From: a virus
Lineage: Duplodnaviria > Caudoviricetes
Length of the DNA: 38,939 nucleotides
Reading direction: 5' to 3' (one strand)
IMG/VR virus record: IMGVR_UViG_3300037483_000543
Coordinates: 1 to 38,939 of that record
Shown here: positions 24,842 through 35,531 of the stretch, in pieces
Layout: every line of letters begins with the position of its first letter
Numbering within the stretch: the stretch's first letter is position 1
Program-made: the position numbers and the translations under genes
The notes under the pieces: model-generated
Databases searched by the model: none
Told to the model about the DNA's origin: nothing
What the model saw: the letters and a program-made list of their open reading frames with translations, nothing else

Positions 24842-27481
24842 TTATTCTCCATCCTCCCAAAGCAAGTAAGGATATCCGTCATTTTTCCCAACACTTATTC
24901 CCCAAACATTTGTAAAATCAAAACCCCATCCCGACAAAAGACCTTCATTTTTCATGTTTGAAGTTGTTTGAAGTGAACCGGTGAAATCTTGACTTACTGG
25001 ATTCCCTGAAGCATACTTAATCGTTGCCGACGCCTGAGAATCCGCTAAAGCATAAGTCACAATATTTGCGCCCGTACTTGATATACCCAATATTAAACCG
25101 TCATTATTAGTTATAGTAAATGTACTCATAGAATCCACAACAGCATAAGAATAGTCGAAATTATCATCTGTATTAACAAATCTTTGATAACCCATCAAAC
25201 CGCCTTGTTTTGCGTTTGTAAGATCAGCCGTTATCATCCTTCCAATTCTAACATAACAATTAACCATATCACCGGCAAGTGATCCTGAAGCGGATTCAAT
25301 CACCCCTGCAATACCTCCATTTATTATACCGTCTGAAATCATATCTCCATCAAAAGAACATTCATAAAATCCCGCCCATGCGTTACCAGCAATTCCGCCG
25401 GCGGCTTGAGAAATCGGACTTGATACGCCGCTTACATGAGTTGTGATAGTTCCCTCGACTCTACATTGTTTGTAAATGTGTGTATAACTTCCTGTTACGC
25501 CCATTTGCCCGCCCGAAACCCCGCCAATTATAACCCCAAAGGATGGGAAAGTCCCGCTTGCTGTTAGATCTATACTGAGATTGTTAACGACAATATTTGT
25601 GAATCCCGTTGAATCGCTTGTGTTGTAAACATTATAATTCGTTTCAGCAACTAAAGCCCCTGCACATAATCCGCTTGCTCCAAGTGTTGAAGAATTACCG
25701 ACGATAGAAACCCCATAATTCTCAATCGTAACATTCTCTAGAGTAATATTTTCAAACATATCAGTCGGATAGGTAGTGCGTCCAACTCGACCAAATAATC
25801 CTGCAAAAAAGAGGGGAACTCCATTTACGGTATAAGGCTTTAGAGTTATATTCCTTATAGTATACCCATTCCCATCATAATGATTTCCCCAAATGCCGAC
25901 AATCGATCCAGCCGGAGCCTCGACAGTTCCAGTATCGACTCCAATCGGAGCCCAGACCGAGTAACTACTCAAATCAATATCAGTCATTTGCTTAAAATGT
26001 AGCTGATTCGCTGTAGTTGTATTAAAATTATATGGAAAAACAGTTATGTTTCTAATCGAATCTAAATCCGCCGCGTTCCAAACCTGATACGGATCTCCCG
26101 CCGTTCCGGTTCCATCCGTTAAATGACCTTCAGGCGCAATGATATAATTTGTAACCGATCCATTGTGTTTAATAAACATTGATGTCGTATCGAGAAAGGA
26201 CAATTCGAAAATTTCTAATTGATCATCGAAATAATTTGTAAATGCCGTATCAATCCAAAATGTAAATTTTTCAGTATTACCGGAATATTGAAAATCAATT
26301 AACCCGGTTGAACCGGATCCCATAACATAAACATCAAAATCTTTTGAATAAGCATTTGAAAGATATTCATCATAAGTGTTTTGTACCGTGATCGTGTCGG
26401 TCCCGCCTGCCGATTTATCGATATAAAATTTATTAAAGCCTGTACCTATATCAATAGTTGCGGTTATTGTATCGGTGCGATTCTCATTGTCTGTGCGGCG
26501 AATTGTCACTTCGTCCAAAGTCGATAAGCCTGAAGGAAAATAATTTTTGAAGCTGATTTTTTCAGTCGAATTATCATAGACAATTGAATGCTCCGTATCT
26601 GAAAAACTGCCTGTCGGTGTGGTTCCGGTTTCGGGAATAACAAGTTCATCCGCATTCGAAAAATCATTATATCCGACATAATCATTATTGGTTCCATTGA
26701 CATTTATATTTCCGGTAAATGTAGTTGTTCCGGTAAAATCTTTATCTCCGCCGACCGTTTGATTTGAATCCAAGCTTACAACCAAACTATCAAGATCAGA
26801 AACAAAAGGGATCCAATCATTATATGAAAGAAAAACTTCCGGTTCAATTTCTTCACGACGTTTGACTAATATTTTATTGACATCATTTGCAACATAAATT
26901 TGATATTCAAGATCCATGAAACTTCCAGTTGCCGCCGTCGATTCGATTGGCAATTTTACATCCCCCCCGGAAAAATCATTTGCTCCATCGAAATCGGTTG
27001 CACCGTCAAAATTATGATTTCCGGTCCAAACGTAATTCGCCGATTGATCTATTTCAGCAAACCCCCCCGCCGCCGGTGTCAAAACTCGTTCGACCGAAAC
27101 CCCGCCAATGTTGAACTGAAACCTTAAGCTTGAGTCTGCTTCAGAAATATAAAGTCTACCTTCCAGTGTGTTGTCGGGTGCCTGTGCTGAAGCAAATACC
27201 GGTATTGTTAACGAATCTTCAATTGATACTTTTCCGTTAAATGTTTGAGCCGCAATCCATTCCCATGAATTATTAGTCATTAAATTGTACAATCTCCACA
27301 ACGATATCGAATTAGTAGTAATCGAGTCCGGGTAATCTTCCCAATTGTCAACTATAAAATATATCTTCCCGACCCCAAGAACAGTTAAAGAATCGTATTG
27401 AGTCGGATCCCCGGCAAAAGGCTGTCCATTGACTTTCAAAAAAAACAAAAAGGAAATGATTATAAATAAAATTTTCTTCAT
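24842..27481 (-). CDS. Receptor-binding/tail-fibre-like protein with Sec signal peptide and C-terminal GLUG-type beta-helix
   Basis: MKKILFIIISFLFFLKVNG-Q; fibre-like QTVGGDKDF motif; GTGTAGDPYQ, WAPIG, YDGNGYTI, GLFG, GGIAG, NDGYPYL. Confidence 0.75.
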   Translation of the reverse strand: MKKILFIIISFLFFLKVNGQPFAGDPTQYDSLTVLGVGKIYFIVDNWEDYPDSITTNSISLWRLYNLMTNNSWEWIAAQTFNGKVSIEDSLTIPVFASAQAPDNTLEGRLYISEADSSLRFQFNIGGVSVERVLTPAAGGFAEIDQSANYVWTGNHNFDGATDFDGANDFSGGDVKLPIESTAATGSFMDLEYQIYVANDVNKILVKRREEIEPEVFLSYNDWIPFVSDLDSLVVSLDSNQTVGGDKDFTGTTTFTGNINVNGTNNDYVGYNDFSNADELVIPETGTTPTGSFSDTEHSIVYDNSTEKISFKNYFPSGLSTLDEVTIRRTDNENRTDTITATIDIGTGFNKFYIDKSAGGTDTITVQNTYDEYLSNAYSKDFDVYVMGSGSTGLIDFQYSGNTEKFTFWIDTAFTNYFDDQLEIFELSFLDTTSMFIKHNGSVTNYIIAPEGHLTDGTGTAGDPYQVWNAADLDSIRNITVFPYNFNTTTANQLHFKQMTDIDLSSYSVWAPIGVDTGTVEAPAGSIVGIWGNHYDGNGYTIRNITLKPYTVNGVPLFFAGLFGRVGRTTYPTDMFENITLENVTIENYGVSIVGNSSTLGASGLCAGALVAETNYNVYNTSDSTGFTNIVVNNLSIDLTASGTFPSFGVIIGGVSGGQMGVTGSYTHIYKQCRVEGTITTHVSGVSSPISQAAGGIAGNAWAGFYECSFDGDMISDGIINGGIAGVIESASGSLAGDMVNCYVRIGRMITADLTNAKQGGLMGYQRFVNTDDNFDYSYAVVDSMSTFTITNNDGLILGISSTGANIVTYALADSQASATIKYASGNPVSQDFTGSLQTTSNMKNEGLLSGWGFDFTNVWGISVGKNDGYPYLLWEDGE

Positions 27482-27498
27482 TTTAACGCCTCAAAAAT

Positions 27499-30171
27499 TT
27501 ATGATGTCCAACGTGCATAAATATAGTTATTATCTCGATCTTTTAGGAAATTACCGTCCCGATCCATTAAAGCATTATCAGCAATTCCATCTTTATTAAT
27601 TGTTTGTATCATTTCAAACCGAATTTTCGGAACACTATTAATGTCATAATCTTCACGATGTGTAATTATAAATGATGCATATTTATTAATCTTAGTTGGA
27701 ACTTTAACCTTATAGTCAATCTTAACTTGATCACCGACGGCATACTTTCCGTGTGTTTCTAAATCTCCGTGATATTCAATAAGACCGTGAATGAATGTTT
27801 TCCAGCGTATTATTAATTTCATTAATTCCCGGACGGTTGATGCATCGTAATGATTTTTAGATGAACCAATCCAGGGATTATCTTTCACCCTGTATTTTTC
27901 TTCAACATTTTTACAAAGCGTTTTATATTCCGCATCCATCGCCGCATCTGAACAATTATTTTTATCGATCGTGAATCTGGACTTATATGTATTTGTTGCA
28001 TAATCAAAATTATAATCAAGTTCGAATCGATTATTCAAAAAGCTTGGATCTGTAAAGTTAACTTTGATCATTGCATCCCCATCCGCCTTGAGCGGATTGT
28101 TAAAAATTGCATCAGCAAGATTTTTTTTCTCAATCGGTTTCAATCTGTATGATGTCATTGAATTTCTATCGAGCAGACAAAACAGATCGAAAGCCAACGA
28201 TTCTAAAATATCATCTGAACTTTCTTCAGTGCCAAAATGCCGCCTTACAATCCAATCCGGTCGGAAATTAATTGCAACATCGTCAAAATTTTCAGCATCG
28301 AGATTAATATCAACGTTAAACAAAAACCCCAAATCCCCCGCCGTTATTATGTCCTGTGAGGGATTAGCGATTGTAAGTAAATTAGTTGTATTGTCATAAT
28401 CATTAACAAGGTAGTAAACGCCCGAATTTAAATGATAAAAATATGCTCCGTTATAATAATCAGCTTGATTAATTGCTAAAGATTCGATTTCTAAAATTGT
28501 TTCTGGATCATCCGCCGTAACTGAGGAAACGATAAGATTTTTTTCCGTGTGAATTTCATCCCTCAATAAACTTTCAATCAAATAAACCGGATGTTCAATC
28601 ACATCTGTTACGGCAAGCGAATTTGAAGCCCGGTCAATCCATGAACGAAATTTTCGTCCAATAAGACCTATAAAAAATTGCTGATCATCCGCCGATAAAT
28701 CTGGACGGTCAAGAACTTTAGCCGCCCGCCCTGGACGTTCACCTGAGTTTCTTATTGAAGATGAAATTTGAATCTTTCCACGTACCGCATTTTTCATTTC
28801 AATTTTTGAAACAATCATCCAGGCGGAATAAATACGAAGTGAGGGAGTGCCGGAACTTGTTACATTGTCGATATAAAATATTCCGTTTAACAGCGCGTCC
28901 CATGAATCCGCAAGATCAAACGTCGGACCAGCTCCGATCGTTTGAGGGATATGTAAATAAATGACCTGTTTTGTTCCAGCTGCAATTGCCCAAGTAGAAA
29001 TATTATAATCAAGTCCACCGCGAATAAAATGAAGGTCTGCACCTATCCCGTCCTCGTCGAGATTTTCAACATACAACATAAACCAGGTTTTTGTATTTGA
29101 ATTATATTCAGTCAAATGCTTAAATGAATCATAAGAATCTTTAACAAATTTTAAACGCATATTTGCGCCGGTCGCAAGATCAACATATTTCGATTCGTCC
29201 ATATTTGAAATATCATTAAGATTAAATGTTATTCCTGAATCATCATCGTCATAAGCCGTAAACCAAAAAGCCGGATCAGTATATAAAACATAGTTTGATC
29301 GAATCGGTGCCGAAAGAAGAAAATGAGCAAAATTATCCTCTTGGATCCCATCAGATAACACCGCGTCCGTTGACGTATTAAATAAATATGCAGGCTGATA
29401 AAGTCCAAACACGTCGTCATAATAATAAATATCTGAATCTGTGTTCCCGGTCGGAATTGATGAATCGGTCGATTGACGCGCCCGCCGGTCGAGATATAAA
29501 AATGTATGAATTTGATCTTCGGAAACGAAATAGTCAAACACTCGATATTTAATCTCCAATATCGGCGCAAGCGGTGAAGATTGCGGAAATTGATGATTGT
29601 ATGTTGTAAGCGTATCAAAAGTGAAACGCCCATAAGTAAGCGGCAATATTTCGCCGATTTTAAATTCCCGCGAATCCGGGAAATAAGATAAATAATCTTC
29701 AATTGTATGCTGAAGCTTATTCCTTGGAATTAATTTCAAATCAAGAACAGGTCGTTCAATACATTGAATATTGATCGCCGAATTGATTGAATAATTTTTT
29801 ATGAAATAACCCTGAAACCAAGTGATATCATTTACACTTGTTGCATCGTTCCAGCAAAAGCCGATATCAAGAAGCCGATTAAATAGAATAATATCAGTTG
29901 CCGGAAATATAGCATTCATGAAAGCTGAGAAAACCGAATTGTCGGAATGATTTATAAATGAAAACTGAATGTTTGAATAAAAACCTATAGTCCCCCCGGT
30001 TTCCAGGTTCAATGATTTCAACACCCGCCGAAAGGAATTTTTTAATAAAAGATTTTCGGAAAGAAAACTTAATTCCTTTGTCGAAACATATACAGTCGAA
30101 GTATCAAGCTTCATTCTAATAACATAAACAGCCTGATTTGAATTGCCGGGAGTTTGTGCAAAGGTTAACAT
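27499..30171 (-). CDS. Tail tip/baseplate hub protein
   Basis: 890 aa directly after the tape measure gene; IEHPVYLIESLLRDE, LNNRFELDY and VGDQVKI patterns typical of hub proteins. Confidence 0.7.
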   Translation of the reverse strand: MLTFAQTPGNSNQAVYVIRMKLDTSTVYVSTKELSFLSENLLLKNSFRRVLKSLNLETGGTIGFYSNIQFSFINHSDNSVFSAFMNAIFPATDIILFNRLLDIGFCWNDATSVNDITWFQGYFIKNYSINSAINIQCIERPVLDLKLIPRNKLQHTIEDYLSYFPDSREFKIGEILPLTYGRFTFDTLTTYNHQFPQSSPLAPILEIKYRVFDYFVSEDQIHTFLYLDRRARQSTDSSIPTGNTDSDIYYYDDVFGLYQPAYLFNTSTDAVLSDGIQEDNFAHFLLSAPIRSNYVLYTDPAFWFTAYDDDDSGITFNLNDISNMDESKYVDLATGANMRLKFVKDSYDSFKHLTEYNSNTKTWFMLYVENLDEDGIGADLHFIRGGLDYNISTWAIAAGTKQVIYLHIPQTIGAGPTFDLADSWDALLNGIFYIDNVTSSGTPSLRIYSAWMIVSKIEMKNAVRGKIQISSSIRNSGERPGRAAKVLDRPDLSADDQQFFIGLIGRKFRSWIDRASNSLAVTDVIEHPVYLIESLLRDEIHTEKNLIVSSVTADDPETILEIESLAINQADYYNGAYFYHLNSGVYYLVNDYDNTTNLLTIANPSQDIITAGDLGFLFNVDINLDAENFDDVAINFRPDWIVRRHFGTEESSDDILESLAFDLFCLLDRNSMTSYRLKPIEKKNLADAIFNNPLKADGDAMIKVNFTDPSFLNNRFELDYNFDYATNTYKSRFTIDKNNCSDAAMDAEYKTLCKNVEEKYRVKDNPWIGSSKNHYDASTVRELMKLIIRWKTFIHGLIEYHGDLETHGKYAVGDQVKIDYKVKVPTKINKYASFIITHREDYDINSVPKIRFEMIQTINKDGIADNALMDRDGNFLKDRDNNYIYARWTS
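27873..27908. repeat. 36-bp exact repeat, copy 1 (in the hub gene)
   Basis: AGGGATTATCTTTCACCCTGTATTTTTCTTCAACAT, identical to 35849-35884. Confidence 0.95.
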
Positions 30172-32049
30172 TTAATTAAGTGCCCTGGATTCTTTTAATT
30201 TCGAAATTGCACCCGGTAAAGCCGGTTCAATTACATATTCCATGATTGTTTGTTTATCGACCTGTAAATATATGGCTTGTTTTTGCAATCCGCCCCCTGG
30301 ACTTGTCTGATTAGTTGAAGTCTTAAATAAGCTTGTAATCGCATCGAGCAATCCAAAACCAACATCATTTAAACCACCGGTTAAAAACGAAAGCCCCGCA
30401 CCCGCAATCTTTCCCGCACCTTGTTGTATTAAAGATTCACTAAAAGCCTTCGCGAACTGTTCAAGTAAGGAATTAGCTTCACCGAACCATTGTTCCCAAA
30501 ATCCGCCGACATTTTTATTTAACACTGAAGCAAATGACTTTACAGATGTTTCCCATAGATCAATGGCATGTTTTTGAACTTCGGTATTTTTTTCCTTTTG
30601 AATTTCTGAAATTTCTGTAGAGTTAATTAGCTTAATTGCTTTTAAGGCTTCTTCGTGATCAATAGCTGTTATAAAATTATCTTGTAAATATTGATCATAG
30701 ATCGATCTTAGTTCATCCGCCTTTTGATTCGCTGAAGCGATTTCACGTTCATAGACATCTTTGATTTTAACAATTTCCATTTCCTTAATCAATGAAACAT
30801 AATCACTTTGTGCGGAAAGTTTATTTTGTAAATCATCAACGAAAGAACTTTCAATATCTTCTTGCATTTTATTTATTACATCTTCCAGGGATTCAAATTC
30901 AATAGTATCGGGAACAATCTTTATTTTAATTTCTGCAAATTTTTGAAGTCGCTTCAATTCCGCTTCAGCCTTAATTATTTGCGCGCCTAAAACTTCAAGT
31001 TCTTTTTCAGTCCCGGCGGCTTGATATTTTTCCCTTAAATCTGTAATCTTTTTTTCAATATCATCAATTAATTTTATCGTTTTTGGATCGACCTTGGGCG
31101 GCTGGAAACCAACGCCGTAACCGGGCATGTCAAGGTTCATCATTTGCGGACCTGCGTTCCAGTTGGTTTGTTCCTTTCGGAGTCCTAAAAATATTTCAAG
31201 ATCTTCATTTGTATCTTTTAAGAATTTGTCGAATGCCTCCCATTCTTTTAGGTTTCGATGTAAATATTCAGTAAGTCCGTCAAAAAAACCTGAAATGGGA
31301 ACACTCAAGGTCTTAAGAAGTTCTTCCCGCATTTCTGAAACTTTAACTCGTGATCTTGCGTATGAGTCTGTAAGCGCGTCAACATTCCCGCCCGCCTGCT
31401 TTATAAGAGTTTGACCTGTTTCAAGTGTTGCATACAATAATGATAATGCTTTTTCTTCAGCCGAAAGTTCCTCAACGGTTTTATTTAACGAATCGGCATA
31501 TTTTTTGTTAGCATCACCGACCTTCACAACTATACCAAGATTATCAAGTATTAGGGGCTGTGACCTTTTGATACCAGTCGTTATTGACTCATAGAGAAAC
31601 GCCGTTTCACCCAAAAACGGATTTAATTTATTTGAAGCTTTAGCAATTTCGAGCAATTGGGGGGATGCCTTTGCAAGTTGCTGCGCTAAATTTTCAGATA
31701 CGCCCGCCGTGAGTGTTAAGACTCCGCGCATAAGATCCGTTTGTGAAATAGTTCCCCGCGCCGCATGTGACAAATCATCTAAAAGTCCCGGTGTTTTGTA
31801 AACTTCTTTATTAATTCTTGTAAAGCTTTCTTCAAGCTGTCGAAGCTTTGAACCTTCTTCGCCGATCTCAAAAGCTTTTTTTAATGCAACACCGACGCCG
31901 ACAACTGAAGCCCCTAAGACCGCAAGTTGTTTCCATGATGCTTTTATTGAATCGCCAATTCCAACCGCTTTTTTATCCATTCGGTCAAAATCTTTATCGG
32001 ACTTGCTCGTATCGGCTGTTACTATGTACCTTAAATATTTATCAAACAT
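30172..32049 (-). CDS. Tape measure protein
   Basis: Helical, Ala/Gly-rich; SITTGIKRSQPLILDNLGI motif; follows the tail chaperone. Confidence 0.88.
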   Translation of the reverse strand: MFDKYLRYIVTADTSKSDKDFDRMDKKAVGIGDSIKASWKQLAVLGASVVGVGVALKKAFEIGEEGSKLRQLEESFTRINKEVYKTPGLLDDLSHAARGTISQTDLMRGVLTLTAGVSENLAQQLAKASPQLLEIAKASNKLNPFLGETAFLYESITTGIKRSQPLILDNLGIVVKVGDANKKYADSLNKTVEELSAEEKALSLLYATLETGQTLIKQAGGNVDALTDSYARSRVKVSEMREELLKTLSVPISGFFDGLTEYLHRNLKEWEAFDKFLKDTNEDLEIFLGLRKEQTNWNAGPQMMNLDMPGYGVGFQPPKVDPKTIKLIDDIEKKITDLREKYQAAGTEKELEVLGAQIIKAEAELKRLQKFAEIKIKIVPDTIEFESLEDVINKMQEDIESSFVDDLQNKLSAQSDYVSLIKEMEIVKIKDVYEREIASANQKADELRSIYDQYLQDNFITAIDHEEALKAIKLINSTEISEIQKEKNTEVQKHAIDLWETSVKSFASVLNKNVGGFWEQWFGEANSLLEQFAKAFSESLIQQGAGKIAGAGLSFLTGGLNDVGFGLLDAITSLFKTSTNQTSPGGGLQKQAIYLQVDKQTIMEYVIEPALPGAISKLKESRALN

Positions 32050-32455
32050 TAAAAAGCCTCAACATATTTGATTTACTTGAATCGATCTGAAGTAATATGC
32101 TTACAGCATCAAACCAAACTTGATTATTATAAATTTCTTTATGTACAAGTTTCGCATATTCGTAATTCTCGATAATTTTTCTGGTCCTGATATCGACCAG
32201 TTGGATAGGTTTTATAAAGGTGTCTGAGGATATGCCATAATTCCAAAGTATATCTTTAAATTTGATTTTAACTTTAGAATCTTCCATTTCTTCGGTTGCA
32301 TCTTGCCATGACTTCCAGATCGATTCAATCAATTCATCAATGTTTTTGATCTCAAAAGTATTCCCGGAAACATGATTAATTCTAATCGGAAAGCTTTCAG
32401 GAAAGCCGTATATAAGACCTTCATCAAATAAATATTTTCCGATTACTATTTTTTT
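32042..32455 (-). CDS. Tail assembly chaperone -1 frame extension (gpGT-like)
   Basis: The -1 frame opens right after TGA TAA at the A9 run and stays open to 32042, overlapping the TMP start. Confidence 0.8.
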   Translation of the reverse strand, partial: KKIVIGKYLFDEGLIYGFPESFPIRINHVSGNTFEIKNIDELIESIWKSWQDATEEMEDSKVKIKFKDILWNYGISSDTFIKPIQLVDIRTRKIIENYEYAKLVHKEIYNNQVWFDAVSILLQIDSSKSNMLRLFNV

Positions 32456-32973
32456 TTATCAACATCGATAAATTTCAATTCATTATTTATTGCTTCGAAC
32501 ACTTCAGCGGTAAAAGTTTCATCCCGAAAAATAGACCAAAATAATTTATCTTCAATCTCTGTGCCGGATCCATTTTCAATTAACACGCATTTAACTTCTT
32601 GATCCTCTGTATCAAGAAAATTTTCCCAACTTTTAACTGAATATTTTATTGATTCCCGGCGGAGTTTATTTAAATCAATCATGTTCCGTGCAAATTCATC
32701 CGAATATGCCGGATCGGATTTGATCTTTGATTCCAGATCTTGGATTTGAACTTTTAACATTTCTTTTTCTGGTTCCGCCGCATCTTCAATTTTCGAGTAA
32801 ATCACTTTCAGCCGGTCCCGATACCCTTGTGGATCTTGTCGAATGCCTAATCTGTGTTTAAGATATTCGATTTTTTCTTCTTGCTCCCGCGTCGGGTAAT
32901 CAATAAAAAATTTGATGTCCTCAACGATTACCGGTTCATTATAATTATTTCGATGTGGAAGTTTAAACCCCAT
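32446..32973 (-). CDS. Tail assembly chaperone (gpG-like)
   Basis: Between tail tube and TMP; VKSWENF motif; ends in DKKK. Confidence 0.8.
   Translation of the reverse strand: MGFKLPHRNNYNEPVIVEDIKFFIDYPTREQEEKIEYLKHRLGIRQDPQGYRDRLKVIYSKIEDAAEPEKEMLKVQIQDLESKIKSDPAYSDEFARNMIDLNKLRRESIKYSVKSWENFLDTEDQEVKCVLIENGSGTEIEDKLFWSIFRDETFTAEVFEAINNELKFIDVDKKK
32449..32457 (-). other. Programmed -1 ribosomal frameshift slippery site A-AAA-AAA
   Basis: GAT AAA AAA AAA TAG at the end of the chaperone gene. Confidence 0.8.
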
Positions 32974-32996
32974 TTACAAAACCGTCCTATTTTAAT

Positions 32997-34112
32997 TTAT
33001 AAAGCCCAATCAATCGCGTCGGTCAAATATATCTTATAAGGATTATTAATTTCAGCCGGATTTGAATCATCGTACAGGATGTCGCCCTGAAGTCTAAGAG
33101 CTACATAATCACCCTCATAATAATCTGGTTCGGCTGTTAACTGAAAATTATAAAATGTAGTGTCATGATCTCCAACATATAGAGCGAAAAATCCCTCATC
33201 CGCCGCCGTAATTGCATCGGTTTTAATTTCAAAAGCAAAGAAATCCCCATTATGAAATTTTTTCTTCATCTGTGTTGTAACACCTGCCAAATACGGTATA
33301 TCAATAATAGCACTATACACCGGCTTAACTTTTAAATTTTCGGGTGTCAATGAAATGCAGTCCGAAATAGTATTGTTTTGAATCCTAAAAGTTGCCCGCC
33401 TGAAACATCCTGTATATGTAATCGCATCCGACGCGGGACTGTAAAGGCTTAGTGAAAGAATTGAATTTGCGGAACGGTTAAAAAATCCATCGGTGATTTT
33501 ACTTGAAAATGTTCCAGTTAATCCGGCATTGTCTTGGGTGTTTGCATCAACATCAGTACCGATAAAATTCCCGTTCATCTTCATGAATTTTGCAACGCCG
33601 GTCTGAAGCAAATCGATTGTAAGTTCTAAGGTATCGATGATTGAATTTGATAGAATGAATGAATCGTTTTCGGTGCCGGATCCATAATTTTGGACTCCGA
33701 TACTTGCTAAATAACCCTCATTGTTTGTAAAATCCACGAATGGCGATGCACCTGTAAACGGCGGTAAATAGATTTTTCCGAAAGGTGTTGTACCCGCTTC
33801 AGTCACACCCTGAACCGCTAAAGCAAGAAATAAAGCTAATTGCTTATAGCTCACATCACCGGCAAAGGGTAATGTTTTAAGCTGAGAATATACATCAACA
33901 TCCCTTCGTGTTTTTTCCATCAACAAAGAAGATGCCGAAATTGGATCACGATCGGAAATAACTACATTCCGATTTAAGATTGAAGTTTTGGAGTTTAACA
34001 ATAATGTATTAAAGTTTGACGAAAAAACCGCCTTCGCATCCCAATGATTTGAAGTTTTCGGCTGAAGGTAAAGCCCGATTTTTTGTTTTGCGCCTAAAAT
34101 TTCATCAGCCAT
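32997..34112 (-). CDS. Major tail (tube) protein
   Basis: 371 aa, beta-rich; upstream of the chaperone and TMP; GAGG RBS. Confidence 0.75.
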   Translation of the reverse strand: MADEILGAKQKIGLYLQPKTSNHWDAKAVFSSNFNTLLLNSKTSILNRNVVISDRDPISASSLLMEKTRRDVDVYSQLKTLPFAGDVSYKQLALFLALAVQGVTEAGTTPFGKIYLPPFTGASPFVDFTNNEGYLASIGVQNYGSGTENDSFILSNSIIDTLELTIDLLQTGVAKFMKMNGNFIGTDVDANTQDNAGLTGTFSSKITDGFFNRSANSILSLSLYSPASDAITYTGCFRRATFRIQNNTISDCISLTPENLKVKPVYSAIIDIPYLAGVTTQMKKKFHNGDFFAFEIKTDAITAADEGFFALYVGDHDTTFYNFQLTAEPDYYEGDYVALRLQGDILYDDSNPAEINNPYKIYLTDAIDWAL

Positions 34113-34114
34113 GA

Positions 34115-34318
34115 TTAGTCCTCATTTATCCAGTTGAATTTTTTTAATTTTTTATAAGTCGATTCGTTTACTGTTATCGATTTGCCTGCATCAAATTCCA
34201 ATGATTGTTTTTTTGTTACCCATTGCCGGATCGAGCATGACAATGGATTATAATTTTCTGAAGCCGTAACCTTTATAATATCATCCCGGATCGCTTCAGG
34301 TTGTTTTTGTTTTTTCAT
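34115..34318 (-). CDS. Small hypothetical protein of the head-tail region (67 aa)
   Basis: AGGGGG RBS before ATG 34318. Confidence 0.6.
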   Translation of the reverse strand: MKKQKQPEAIRDDIIKVTASENYNPLSCSIRQWVTKKQSLEFDAGKSITVNESTYKKLKKFNWINED

Positions 34319-34319
34319 T

Positions 34320-34730
34320 TTAGACCCCCTGGTTTCCATAGAAAAAATTAACCGTTCCGATCGTTCGTAAATAACCTGTTCCCGGATCATCCAAAAAAGT
34401 CGGATCGGCTTGCAGTGAAATAAAGTCAACGAAATAAGGATCCCGCTTAAAGAAATGCGGGATTAGTGTTTCAAAGAATTTTGCTGAATTTGTCACCCTT
34501 CCGGTATTTGTTAAATTTTGATAGCTCGTTCTAAGTTCGAACAAAAAAGCGCCGATATAACCGGATTCGAGAACCTGCCCGCCCTGGATGCCAATCACCT
34601 TTATATCGAATCTTAAGTCCAGATCTGAAGCTGAGGGAGATTCCGTAACTATGCGAAGGTTTGGAAGTTGTTTATATCCCAACGATACCATATTAGCCGC
34701 AAGATTTGTATGTAGTGTGACAAGTCCCAT
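34320..34730 (-). CDS. Putative tail terminator/completion protein
   Basis: 136 aa; size and position before the tail tube gene. Confidence 0.55.
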   Translation of the reverse strand: MGLVTLHTNLAANMVSLGYKQLPNLRIVTESPSASDLDLRFDIKVIGIQGGQVLESGYIGAFLFELRTSYQNLTNTGRVTNSAKFFETLIPHFFKRDPYFVDFISLQADPTFLDDPGTGYLRTIGTVNFFYGNQGV

Positions 34731-35503
34731 TATCGAAAAATTCTCCGTGCGTTTGTGTTTGCTCCCAATTCCGTTTCGGTATCAATTGCGTTATCTTCAT
34801 TTGTATCGATCGGAAATTGAATTTCTGCTAAAGCAGTTTCAAACAATGCTTTGTAATCATCCGCTTTTTTTTCATAAACAGATCCCGGATCATTTTCTAA
34901 AGTTCTGAAGATGAACCATAAAGAACAATAGATTCCGATTAATTCGAAAGTCTGCTCGGTCAAGAACGATGCATATTTTACAAGTGTCGTTCCAGCCGGT
35001 TTTTCAATTGTTGTGTAATTAATTTTATTATCTGTTTCGGTCGTGATCTCGTAACCGTTTGCGGTTGTGACATCCGTTGAATCGTGTTCGGCGATCAATT
35101 TAAAATATTTATAAGGCAGTTCAAAAGTAAGCGTATATTCCTTTACGCCGTTTGCAATTGTAACGGCTATTGTTCCAAGGCTTATCAAGGTATCATTTTC
35201 ACCCATCGCACCGTAAAGAGTAAATGTCACATCCGCCGTCGGAATTTCAGTGACATTGAGAATCAGCCTTGATCTTTCGATCGGTTCCTCATTCGATAAT
35301 GTATTGATCGCAAGAAAAAAAGGGACACATAAATTTCTCGTTTTGATGCCTTGATTCTTAAAGATTCGTATGATTTCAACTTTTGCTCGTTCGATTTGTT
35401 CATCCCAATTTGACGAACCTGTAAAGTATTGAGTTGACAGGGATTTCTCATATTTTAAAAGATCCGCGTTTGCAACATCCAAACGAAACATAATTAACTC
35501 CAT
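34730..35503 (-). CDS. Putative head-tail adaptor with an inserted beta domain
   Basis: Helical N- and C-termini (YEKKADDYKALFE...IDTNEDNAID) around a beta-rich insertion. Confidence 0.6.
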   Translation of the reverse strand: MELIMFRLDVANADLLKYEKSLSTQYFTGSSNWDEQIERAKVEIIRIFKNQGIKTRNLCVPFFLAINTLSNEEPIERSRLILNVTEIPTADVTFTLYGAMGENDTLISLGTIAVTIANGVKEYTLTFELPYKYFKLIAEHDSTDVTTANGYEITTETDNKINYTTIEKPAGTTLVKYASFLTEQTFELIGIYCSLWFIFRTLENDPGSVYEKKADDYKALFETALAEIQFPIDTNEDNAIDTETELGANTNARRIFR

Positions 35504-35531
35504 TTTTTGACCGCAATATCACAAAACTTCT

